A stretch of DNA of 32,903 bases from Guillardia theta CCMP2712 (GCF_000315625.1 NW_005434496.1:1-32903), one strand, 5' to 3'. Shown: positions 1 to 16,781, counted from the stretch's first letter. Notes: generated by a model not told the origin, from the sequence alone. Translations and numbers: made by a program.

Positions 1-123
1 TCCTCCTCCTCCTCCTCCTCCTCCTCCTCCTCCTCCTCCTCCTCCTCCTCCTCTTCTTCTTCTCCTCCTCCCCTCCCCCTTCCCCCGTTACCTCCTCCTC
101 CTCCTCCTCCTCCTCCTCCTCCT
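1..123. repeat. (CCT)n microsatellite inside a taspase intron
   Basis: Read directly from the sequence; follows the minus-strand donor GAT|GTGAGG at ~126. Confidence 0.9.
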
Positions 124-1114
124 CACATCTTTCATGATCTCAACTGCTGCAACGATAGGATTCTTGATCCCTGGGGCTGCTCCAACCTTGACAGGAGTCA
201 CTTCCTCCCTCTACCCTCCTCCCTCCCTCACCGCTCCGAAACCTCCCAGCCCTCCCTCCATCACGCTCGCATCGCATTCAACGAAACCGTCGATGTTCAA
301 GTTCGATCCAAAACCTGACGAGGAGTGAGAGAGAAGAAGACAGGATCTCAAGCTTTCAGACCCGCGTTGGTACAGTTGTCGTCCTCCATCACCTGATCGA
401 ACCTCCAAGTTACCGACACGAGTAAGAACGGCAGTCCTTGCCTTGATGGCTTCTTTCACAGCTTCAACAGCATCCGAGCCGTTGCGGAGGAGAAGAGCTG
501 AGCATGCATGTAAGCTTCGCACTGCCTCCCTCCGCATGCGAACCCGCTCGGCTGCATGCTAGAGCGAGCGATTTCTGGTAACGCAGCACGTGTCTGCCAG
601 CACAAACATCAGGACACGACCCTCCATCCGGCTGATCGAGCGCTTGCTCTCACTTCTGTGACATGTAGCCCTGCGCTGCTCCTCCATGAAGCGCGATGAA
701 CCAGTGAGCCCGTCTCTGCAACCCACATCACGGATGAACGTCCTTCCCAAAATGACCATACGGGATCATCATTCAGCACTCGTTGCCCTCTGTCTTCCTG
801 TGCTGTCTTCGTACCGTTCTGATGTCATCGCAGCTCAGTCAGCTGAGGATGAGAAGCACAAGAGACAAGGAGTGGAAGAGGTGAGGAAGAGGCAGGCGAT
901 AGTTCAAACTTGCCTGATACAGTCCATGGGGGTTGTTTGCGTCCTCTGTCCTCCCTCCCTCCCTCATTTTGTCGCAGTCAGCGTAGCCTCCTCCTCTCCT
1001 GATGCTGTCTTGCTCCGTCTGTGGTCGCTGAACCTCCTCCCCTCCCTCCCCTCCCTCCTCCACCCCCTCCTCCTCCCCCTCCTCCTCCCTTCTCCGCTTC
1101 ATCGGTCGCAACAT
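1..1114 (-). CDS. TASP1: Threonine aspartase 1 (taspase-1; type 2 asparaginase/Ntn-hydrolase family), 5' part; gene continues beyond the left edge
   Basis: Manual splicing (introns 819-913, 716-761, 594-653, 498-543, 393-441, ~317-361, ~187-231) gives a continuous frame: ...RRAHWFIALHGGAAQGYMSQKHVLRYQKSLALACSRAALLLRNGSDAVEAVKEAIKVMEDDNCTNAGFGSNLNIDGFVECDASVMEGGLGGFGAVGAAPGIKNPIVAAVEIMKD. HGGA, EDDxxxNAGxGSNLN and VECDASVM...GAVGA..GIKNP are asparaginase-2 motifs, and the GSNLN/VECDAS form is taspase-like. Start ATG at 1114 or 1102. Confidence 0.88.
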
Positions 1115-1116
1115 TG

Positions 1117-1210
1117 TAGTTGAAACTTTGAAAGTTTCGAGCCGTAAAGCCCCTGAAACTTTACTAGTTGAAACTTTGAAGAACTCCAAACTCCAAACCT
1201 TGAAACCTTC
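1117..1210. repeat. TGAAACTTT motif cluster including a perfect 16-bp direct repeat TAGTTGAAACTTTGAA (1117-1132 and 1165-1180)
   Basis: Read directly from the sequence; starts 3 bp upstream of the taspase ATG. Regulatory function is inferred only. Confidence 0.75.
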
Positions 1211-1284
1211 CCAAGATAACGGATTTTGTAACGAAAGTTTATCCGTTGCATCCAATGGATTTCCGTTGAGAGTGGATGGATCCT

Positions 1285-2035
1285 TGGGTACTTTCTTGCT
1301 TCACAAGGGGGTGGTCTCAGATATAAGGGGGTGGTGTGATTGGATGGCTGGAGCTCAATCAATTTGTGGTGCATGAAGGGGTACTTTTACCATGAAATCA
1401 ATTAGGAACGGATGGGTAACGGAAGTGTCAGCTTACTATTGGAGGGGTAGGGGTTACTTGACGGGGGGTACAGAACAAAGGTGGTAGGTGGGGGGTAAGG
1501 GGTGGTTGGCCCCAGAAGCGCCCCCAAGGAAAAAAAGCTCGTGCGATGGAATCACCACCCCATACCCTATGAAAATTAAGCTCAACTATCTAGATGCATT
1601 CATTTGAGTAAACTATGCGATGAGTATGGGGTAATTTTATTTAGTTATATTTAGTCAATAGTGAGTGAAGTTTTCCAACCACCCCTCAACACGCCTAAAG
1701 GAGAGTTTCAAATGTATGGGGTGGGTGTTGGAGGGTAGTCACCTGATGAATTGGGGGTAGGGGTGGTCTCTGAGATGCACATCTTGAGGGTGAGAGGGGG
1801 TAGGGGTGGTCAGTGGGTCCGTGATGGTCCTTTACGAGCCTTTCTTATTAGGAAAGGGTAGAGGTGAATGGTTGGAAAAAGTAGGGTAGGGGTAGTATCT
1901 AATTTCGGGGTGAATTTCAATCAGTGGGGTAGTTTTGTAGGAAATGATAGGGTGATATCTGAGGGGGTAGGGTGGGAAATGGGAGGGTGCGGGTACTGGG
2001 TGATAATATGGGGGTGGGGTAGTCATTGTGGTAGC
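1285..2035 (+). repeat. Strand-biased cluster of GGGGT(A/G) motifs with unique spacers (island A); G-quadruplex potential
   Basis: About 30 GGG(G)TA/GGG(G)TG words, nearly all G-rich on the + strand, e.g. GGGGGTAGGGGTGGTC at ~1753 and ~1796. Confidence 0.75.
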
Positions 2036-2991
2036 GGTGGCCGCCTGTTCGTCGGCCTCCGCTGGGGGAAAAAAGAGAAAAAAAAGCACACAAGAGAAGA
2101 AGAAGAGAGGAGAAGAACAAGTACAGAAGGCAAAACAGATGAAAGATTTGGCGAGAAGGGATGGAGACATGAAGCTGAGACGTTTGGAACATGTATAGAA
2201 GAAGTTGTGAGAAGAAACCGTGTCATGGAGGAAAGTTGGAATGCAGGACAGCATGCGCTTGAAACTGTGAAAAAGAGATGAACACCTCAAAGGACCGTTC
2301 CAACAGGAAATTTGGAAGAAATGGGACTTGGACAGATCAAGACATTGATTCCTCTTTCTTGACCTTCTTCTCGCTCAAGAACGAAAGCTTGCTTTGCATG
2401 CAGCTTGTCAGTCAGTAAAGGGGGGAAAGGTGTAGGATGTGAACAGGAGAGCAGAAAGGGGGTGACAAACAAAAGATGAGACTATGCATGAGAAACTGAT
2501 GAGACGTTTGATGGCATCGCATGATGACTTCCCTCACTTTTTACTGCGTTTGACATTTGTGGACAAAGTGGTAGTTTTGATAGAATATCGTTGTAGACCG
2601 AGAAGAATGTTGCGGTAGTTATGAGCAGCAGGTGTCTTATATGACTTGGAAGTATTGAGAAAGAATTTTTCAAGCTTTGGGATGAGTTGCTGAACAGAAG
2701 AGAAGTAGAGAGATGGAGCACCGTTCTTACTGAAATGAAGCGAACCTCACAACGCTTTCATCATGTTTGCTGAGCGGATTGCGATCATATTCTATATAAG
2801 TGTAGGCAGAGTGTTTTCTCTGATATGATTGGAGAAACCCTGTTTTTAGTAGCTCAAGTATGCGTTCTCAATCTGCTCTGTTTTAGATGTTATGAAACAT
2901 GTAGCAGTAGCAGTTGTTGCTTTAGATCGACTAGTTGTTCAACCTGATCTTTTCCATTGCTACTCAGTGTTCTCACTCGTTCTCTCTCAGG

Positions 2992-4857
<1,866 letters not shown>

Positions 4858-5335
4858 AAACTTGTTGTTAACCGAAGGTGATAAAGACTTTTACATCACA
4901 ACCATCCATCTCTCCCGATCTTGATTGTTGACAGCTCAAACACGTCGAGAGATGTTTGGGAGTGTTTCGACTGTTTATACAAGTTTATCATCACAGTTAT
5001 GACATGTACAATTAAAGTTGTCCTGGATGTTAAAGATGGTTCGAAAAACGTTCACTCCTCCGCTGGTGGCAACTTGTTTGCTTGATTGTTAAACTCTTTC
5101 AAACTTGGAGCGAATTTGTTTACCTTGACCTCCTTACCAACGAATACAACCTCACATGTTGTATTAGAAAACAATGTGAACATCCAACATGCTCGTTGAA
5201 CCGCCTGCTCCTCCTCCATCGTTCCTTTCGTCCTATCATTCCCCCTCCCCCTCCCCTTCCTCGCCCTCCTCTTCCTGCTCCTGCTCGTCCTGCTCGTCCT
5301 GCTCGTCCTGCTTCTCGACCTCGCCCTCGCCATCG

Positions 5336-9525
<4,190 letters not shown>

Positions 9526-9589
9526 GGCCGCCGGGAGATGAGGGTGATGAGCTACTGGACCCCTTGACGAGTTGGTCGTAGTGGTGATG

Positions 9590-10305
9590 AGGGTATCCGA
9601 AATCCGATTAATGGAATCCGGTAAACGTAATTTAAATTAAATAATATTTTTCCTCCTGTGGCTGGGGAAAGGGAGGGGTGGGGTGTGTCAAGGACAGATG
9701 TCCTTCAATGATTCTACAGTGGGTGGGGGTGGATCAAATTTTCAGAGTTCAAGTCTTAAGAGGGGGTACTTCTAGGAAATCATATGGGTACATTTTTCGA
9801 ATTCTACAAAGAGTGGGTAGGGTAGCCTCCCATTCGGATTTTGCGGGGGGATATCAAGGGGTAGGGTACTAATGGGGGAAATTAGGGGGTAGGGGTGATA
9901 AATCCACCTCGGTCAAGGCAGCTGCTTGTCCATTTCACTGGGTAGGGTATCAAAGTTACCGGTATATTTGACCATACATTCAGTTTAAACAAGGGGGTAG
10001 GGGTACTTGAATTTCAGTCTGTCATGATAGGGAGACGGGGGGTGGCTGCTGGTCCATGAGGACTCCGAGGGAATGAGGCTCACCCCCACCCCCCTCATTC
10101 TGTGGTCAAATTGGTTCTGCTATGTGCAATCATGGGGTGGGGTATATCTTGGAGGGGTAGTCCACTTCATGTGCCCATTTTCCCACTTAATTGCCTTGTA
10201 TTTGAAGGGGGTACTCCTGGATATTAGAACAGATCACCCAGGGTAGGGTTCTTCAAGTAGGGGTATCGTAGCAAGCAGTCTAGAAGAATGGGGTGGGGTT
10301 GGAGA
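9590..10305 (+). repeat. Strand-biased cluster of GGGGT(A/G) motifs (island B), upstream of the SMYD ATG
   Basis: More than 20 GGG(G)TA/GGG(G)TG words, G-rich on the + strand; same vocabulary as island A. Confidence 0.75.
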
Positions 10306-10319
10306 GGCACGTGTCTCAT

Positions 10320-10632
10320 TCAAATTCAAAAGAGATTTGTACCGGAAAAACAATTGATTCTTAATTTGTACCTACACCATAGATATTTGGTACAGTTGCT
10401 ACTGTCGAAATACAAAATTTATTTTTCAAGAACTTGGTAGTTATATAAATTTTTTGAAATGATTTGTACAATATTCATACAGAACGTACCTTAATTTCAA
10501 TAGAAATGTTTATATCTATAATATAAAATAAGTACTGGTGACTGGTTTTCTTGGTAGAAATTTATAGAACTGAATTAGGTCGTATGCAAGAGCTGAGATT
10601 TGGTATGTTTTAAAATATGTTTTAATTTTACT
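10320..10632. other. AT-rich block with repeated ATTTGTAC / (A/C)TTGGTA words
   Basis: Copies at ~10335, 10363, 10385, 10433, 10461, 10550, 10597; sharp compositional edges on both sides. Confidence 0.6.
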
Positions 10633-10734
10633 ACTGAGAAGGGCCATTCCAAGGGAAGTTGGCGGGTCAGAGAGCCCGCAGAAGGAAAGGAAGACGCCAA
10701 CTGGCAGGCCGAGAGTGGCGCGGGAGACAATATG

Positions 10735-11700
10735 CATGGCGGGAGAGCGGCACGGGACGTGGGGCGGGGAAGGAGGAGAGGGCAGGGAGGATGAGAGCCC
10801 GGGAGAGGAGAAGGAGATGATAGCGGGAAGGAGGATGAAGGTGAACCATGGAGAAGCAGATGAAGTTGTTGTAACTGGTATCGGTGTAGGAGGCGGATGG
10901 TAGGTGTAACCACCACATGTCACGAGCGGGAAGGAAATCGAGCGAAGAGCAGCAGGAGGACAGAGGAGTAGGCCAGGATCGATAGGATAGCACAGCGCGA
11001 TGGAGATGGAACGAGAGGGAGGGCAGGAAGGAGAGAAGAGCTTGTACGAGAGAACGAGGTGTATGATCTCGCTTCCATGACGTGGTGTCCAGCGCATGGA
11101 GGATAGAGAAGGAGGGGATGTATCGTGCTGGTTGAGGAGTGTGCAATGTGTGTCTTGTGTTAGTATGAGGCTAGAAAGGTTGAAGAAACTCTTGGATGTA
11201 CTTCAACGGTCATAGTCATGCAAGTAGAAAAGTTTTTTGCGCCATTACGACGAAACATGGAGGAAGTGTAGGACCTTCTCTTAGATTAGATACATCGTAT
11301 CGTTGAAGGAGAACGTGATAGAAAGCTTCTATCTTCATTTGCAGCTGATTACTCGCATGCTTGATGTGTGAGGAAAATGAGGTTGTTGATGTGATCAAAA
11401 CAGACCTTGTGGATTGATGTAGATATCCAGAGTGGCAGTCGATGGCAAAGAGAAGTAGAGAAATTGTTGCATGGAGGAGAGGAATCAGTGCAGGGCACGT
11501 ATGTTCAGTGTAAACATCAAGCATGTTAGCTGAGTGAGAAAGACGAGTAAGATTTGTTTGTGCATTTGACCCTACTTGGAATTCCATTTAGTTGACTCGA
11601 GATCCGTTTGTTGTGAAAAGGCTGATTTTCTACAACTTCTCGATATTTGCTTGTTCTGAGATCAGTATCCCTCTTTGACTTTCGCAATTCTCAATTGCCA
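10735..11700 (+). other. Possible unannotated spliced gene or gene relic (purine-rich, short open segments bounded by GT/AG)
   Basis: Segments such as MAGERHGTWGG... and TLWIDVDIQSGSRWQREVEKLLHGGEE are flanked by plausible splice sites, but no complete frame or family could be built. Confidence 0.2.
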
Positions 11701-11936
11701 TAGAAATCATGTTTCATGAACTTGTGTTCCTCACTGACGCTCCGGTGTCAATTATGCATTTTGTTTGTGTTTGGAGTTGATGAGTTAAGATGGAGTTTTT
11801 GTATTGGTTTGCGAGTGTTCTCTTAGTTTTACCTGGAGGAGTTCTTGATTCTTTTGAGGACAAGGTGGACGATTTCTCCCCCGACCCCAGCAAACAACTC
11901 TATGGATGTTGGAACTAAACATGTTGATGCAGGAGA

Positions 11937-12846
11937 ATGGAGGGAGCGCCACAATTCAAGCTCCTGCTTGTTGGAGATGGCGGTGTTGGCAAGACAACAT
12001 TCGTGAAGCGCCATTTGACTGTGAGCATGCCTCTCCTCTTCACCGTTTCACCTCCCCCGCTAACTTTCATGTCGCGCAGGGTGAGTTCGAGAAGAAGTAC
12101 ATAGCAACAGTGGGCGTTGAGGTACATCCTCTCCTCTTCCACACAAATCGTGGACCCCTCGTGTTCAACGTGTGGGATACTGCGGGACAAGAGAAGTTCG
12201 GTGGACTTCGTGATGGTTGGTCTTGACCTCGACAGGAGGGCTGAGCTGACCGCCATGCAGGGTATTACATTCAGGGTAACTGCGCGATCATTATGTTCGA
12301 CGTTACTGCCCGTATGACGTACAAGAACGTTCCCAACTGGCACAGAGACATCGTCAGAGTTTGCGAGACCATCCCCATCGTCCTCTGCGGCAACAAGGTA
12401 CTCGCCATGACGCGGGAGGCGCGACCGCTAACGAGGTATCAGGTTGACGTGAAAGATCGTAAGGTCAAGACCAAGCAGATCAACTTCCATCGAAAGAAGA
12501 ATCTCCAGGTGACGAGCGTGTGACCAGCAGCGTCCAGGTGACCTGATAGCTTTCTGCAGTACTACGAGATCTCGGCTCGCTCCAACTACCAGTTCGAGAA
12601 GCCCTTCCAGTGGCTGGCCAAGAAGCTTGTCGGAGATCCCAACCTCTACTTCGTTGAGTCTCCCGCTCTTGCTCCTCCCGAGGTTGCGATCGACGAGGGT
12701 ATGATGAGACAATACACCTTGCAGGTACCTCCTCTCCTTTCTTGTCCACCTCGTCTCCTTCTCATTGATGCTTGTCTCACTGCCTCTCTTAGTTGGAGGA
12801 GGCGAATCAAATCGCTCTGCCCGACGAGGACGATTCCGATCTTTAG
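11937..12846 (+). CDS. RAN: GTP-binding nuclear protein Ran; 6 exons
   Basis: Introns 12021-12079, 12216-12260, 12398-12442, 12509-12559, 12725-12792. Product: [46 protein letters not shown]...[17 protein letters not shown]...CGNKVDVKDR...[16 protein letters not shown]...LPDEDDSDL*, with the Ran-specific acidic tail. Confidence 0.99.
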
Positions 12847-13158
12847 ATTGACTGACTGACATGTTCATTGCCAACAATGGCTTCTCTCATCGTGCCTTGG
12901 ATAGCTCAGATGTGAAGTTTTGGGATCTTGATGGTGTAAAGATTATGACAAGGTGAAGAATGAGAAAACGAGGGCCTTAAGGGTTTTGCTTGTTTTTCTG
13001 ATAAAAACAAGAAAGAAATCTCTGTGATTCTGCGTCTCCTTTAAAGTTTACTGCACCTCCCTCACCCACTTCACATCTTAAAACATTCATCTTTCCTCTG
13101 CTCTCCATCAGATTCCTTCAGTCCTTGCACTGATTCCTTTTCCTTCCTCCACCTTCCT

Positions 13159-16100
13159 CTAGATGTTGTTGGGCGTCGGGACGGGGGAGTCGTCGTAGTC
13201 ATCCTGCAGCAGCTGCTCCATGTTACCTCGTTTTCCTCCTCCTCCTTCTCACCTGATCCGCCAGCGCGAAGTCGTCGTTCTCTCCCGTTGACAACCTCGA
13301 GTAACCATGAGCCTAAACAGGTTAAGCTCAGTGAAGGGGAGCGGAGAGGGAGGGAGGCGAGGGAGTGGTGGCGGGGAAGTGAGTAAGGGAGGGAGGGAGG
13401 GAGGGAGGGAGGGAGGGAGGGAGGGAGCGAGGGAGGGAGGAAAAGGTTCTTCTTGTACCCGTTGAGACGGCTGGAAGGACGAAAGCATCACCTCAGTCGC
13501 TCCTCGGATCCCTCGGCCCTTCAGGAACAGAGCAGAGGCAGCAGCACAGGCCCCGATCGCCACCACAGCCACCACACCAACCCCAACTCCACCCCAGCTC
13601 AGCCTCCTGCCCCCTTGCTCTGACGAGCCTCCTTCGCCTCCAACCGAAGGCGCCGCGTCGTTCTTGACACCGTCCTGCCGTGGGCAGACCAGCAGCTGGG
13701 GACGGAGGTCGAGACCTCCTTGGCAGGTGTTGCCCTCCACCAGGCGGTATCCCCTCGTCTGCAGGTCGAGAGCTCGTCACGAATTTGCGGGGTACAGCTC
13801 AGCACAGGCCCACCTTCGTGTAGGTGCCCAGGCAGTTAGCTGGGGGATAGGTCGGCTTCTCCCTGCCGGCACAGGACCAGACACAGGAGGAGGAGGAGAC
13901 GTTCTTGAGCGCCGCGCGCTTCTCACCAGCTCGCTCGTAGCAGAAGTCGCACTCGTAGTCTGCCTCCTGGCAGGGGCAGTTGCGCACAAGGGTTGACAGG
14001 CGGTTCTCCTTGCCGACGAAGCAGCGAGCTGTGGTCTTCCTCCTGACGTAATCGACCTGAGGAGGAGAGGATCAGACGGGACGGGAGGGAGGAGGGAGGA
14101 GTGGGAAAGAAGAAGTCGGGAGGGGGAGGGGGATGTGAAGGACAAGAGCGGATCGAGGGAAACAAGTGGGAAGTGTGGGAGATGGAGAAGGATGGAGTAA
14201 GCAGGATGCAGAGGAGGAAGCAGGGCACCTCAACAAGAAGAAGTGGAGCAGGAAGGGGACGAGAGTGCGAGAAGGAGGAAAGGAAGGGGGGCGGGAGGAA
14301 GAGAGGGAGAGGAGAAGAGGGAGGGAAGGGTGGGAGGAGGAGGAGGAGGACAGACCTGTCTTCCCATGACACAGATGTCTTGTTTCTCTCCTGACGGGCG
14401 CCACAGCGCGAAGTCCGAGCCAGGGTCACCAGCAAGGTCCACGTCCGAGCACTGGCGGGGGAAGAGCATAGAGAAATCTACGGAGAAGAAGTATGCCTCC
14501 TCCTCGCGCGGTACCGAGCCGTGCAGCAGGAAGTTGGAGCTGGCCACGCTTGGGTCACTCAGAACGTCCCTGACCTGACAAGTCGTCACCGGGCCTGACG
14601 TCAGCACACCGACCAGCTCACCTCCAGCTCAACGTCGGAGGAGAAGGAGCAAGTCTGAAAGCTTGCCCCCCCGTCGATGGAGAAGGAGATCTCGTTCGTC
14701 TCCTCTGAGTTATCTGCCAGCACCAGGATCGTTCCCTGGTCCCCGATGTCACCCACGCTCGTTCCTTTCCTTGCTCGCTCCCAACTCCTCCCCGCGTCTC
14801 TAGACACATACGTCGACGCCTCGTCCGTCCTTCCTGCCAACTCCGTCCCGACGTTGCCGACGCCGATCACAATCCCCACCGCCTTCTCGTTGCTCACCAG
14901 GGCACCGAAGCGCTCGTCCGCCTCCTTGTGTTGCCTTCTGTCCCACCTCCCAGGAGTTCCCTTCCTCTTGTGCCCCATGTGCAGGTGCAGCCCACAGTCT
15001 CTGCCCGTCGGCGTCACCCACCTTCCCTTCCTCTGGCTGTACTCGCATGCGAAGTCTCGGTCGTTGCCCGGAGGCTCCAGCGGGTGCCATTCGTTGCCGT
15101 TGTCGACGGATCGGAGGGTCCGCACGCGATTCTCAGCGTCGATGACGTTGGCGTGAAGGATTCCCCGCGGTCCCCGCAGGATGTGAAAGTCAACGTGGCC
15201 CACTGAGTCCCTCGTGTTATCCCGCAAGCTCATCACGTAGTCCTCTGCTCGAGCCCTCGTCACCCGGATATCGTCGATGTACGTCGCGTTGCAGAAGGAG
15301 GAGGAGGAGGAGGAGGAGGAGTGGGCTTGCAGCATGAGATGGACTCTGCTGATCGCTGCTCTCCCCGCATCTCTCCCTCCTTCTGCCCACACAAACTCGC
15401 TGTGCTGGCGAGGAAAGACGTACTCTACCCTCGTCCACTGATCGCTTGACTTTGACACCTTGTGGTGAACTCCCTTCTCCTCCTCCCCGCTCGCACTCCA
15501 GATGTAGCGACCAGGGAACCCATCGCTGAAGCCCTGCCATGCCACACCCAGGAACCAGAACGAGACCTTACAAGGGTAGGAGACGCTGCACGTGAAGCTC
15601 TCTAGCGAGAAGGCGTCTCCCTCCTCCCCGCATCCCGTCATCTTCATCACCTTCCCCCGACACGAGGAGCCTCCTGAGCAGAGGGGATCGTCGACGATCT
15701 TCGTACGAGAGGGCACAGCAGCAGCATGCTTGCCCCGCCATCGCGTCAGGCCTGACTCGAAGTCGTCCTTGAAGAGAACGTCCCCGTCCGCCACAGACGC
15801 ATAGATGTCGCCGACTGTGATGGAGTCACTGGGCATGCCCTGGATGCTAGTTCCCTCCTCCTGCTTCGAGTGCTCTACGCTCACAAACACGGTCCCGTCG
15901 TCCTCGTCGATGATGGTGTAGCGCGTCTCCTGCAGCTCCGAGGGGAAGACGGCAGGGAGAAAGCTCTGCGCGTCGTCCCTGGATACGAAGAGCTGCATAG
16001 TCCCATGCTCCCCTGCCACAGCCACGTACACTCCACCTTGCGACACCTTGAAGCCGACGCCATGGCGGACAACCAACCGGATGTTCTCCTGGGTGCGGAG

Positions 16101-16781
16101 CATGTCGACGGAGCGGTAGAGGTTGAGATTCTTCATGCTCTGGAAGTACTGATCTCCGACATGCTCGTCGTCGTAGGCGCTGTAGACCACAGTGTTGTCT
16201 CGCGGGCCCCAGTCAAACTGCTGAACGTAGTTGACCTTCTCGTGGAAGGTAGTCCCCCAGTCGTAGCTGACGTAGAGAGAGTTGAAGCAGAAGCCTGTGT
16301 CCGACAGCCCAAGGCAAACGTCGCTCATTCTTGAAACAAGGAGGCAGTCGGGATTCTTCTTGTGAAGCTTGATCTCCCCGAGGGGAAATTCTGTCCTGCG
16401 GGTATGAAAGGACTGACCTCTGTCGTATGTTACCCAGTGCACTTTCCCTCCTCCTTTGAAAAACACTCTTCTCTCATCTGCATCACTAGGGTACATCTCC
16501 ACCACTCCGTTGCTTGACTGCTCATCTTGAACTTCAGAGTCTTCAAGCTCTCCCATGACATTCTCGAACGTCCTGCCATCGTCCTTGCTTCTGTACAAGG
16601 TGTTCTCTTCCGTGAGGACAAAGACAACATTCTGGGTCAACCACACAACATCCTTGACAGCACCGTCCAGCTCAATCTCAGTGATCCGCAACCCCAAACT
16701 CTGACACGTCGCTACTGAGGATGATACAGCAGGAGCGAGGTGAAGACAGAGGAGCACCAGGATAGCATCAAGTCTCATCAT
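13159..16781 (-). CDS. VPS10: VPS10/sortilin family sorting receptor (signal peptide, beta-propeller, 10CC, TM helix, cytosolic tail) with an inserted jelly-roll domain
   Basis: Asp-boxes (LYRSKDDGRTF, LYVSYDWGTTF, LFVSRDDAQSF, RSVDNGNEW, YVSRDAGRSW, FSIDGGASF); AVGIVIGVGNVGTEL; 10CC motifs CVMGRQ|VDYVRRK..RCFVG, NCPCQEADYECDFCY and GYRLVEGNTCQGG; TM segment VGVGVVAVVAIGACAAASALF; tail GYSRL (YxxL) and acidic DDYDD. Exon 1 is 14622-16781; stop at 13159-13161. Confidence 0.95.

Noticed and set aside
1285-2035. CRISPR-like reading of the GGGGTR motif-plus-spacer islands
   Set aside because: The repeated word is only 5-8 nt, spacer lengths are irregular, and no cas-like ORF is present in this eukaryotic context.
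10516-11146. Minus-strand ORFs of 193 and 159 aa
   Set aside because: Low-complexity S/P/L products expected from the complement of a purine-rich stretch; no recognisable motif.
11400-11670. TIR-domain-like peptide LWIDVDIQSGSRWQREVEKLL
   Set aside because: Only a short resemblance; no upstream FISY-type box and no continuous frame. An HMM search would be needed.
14677-16718. Overlapping plus-strand ORFs within VPS10
   Set aside because: Antisense shadows of a GC3-rich coding exon.
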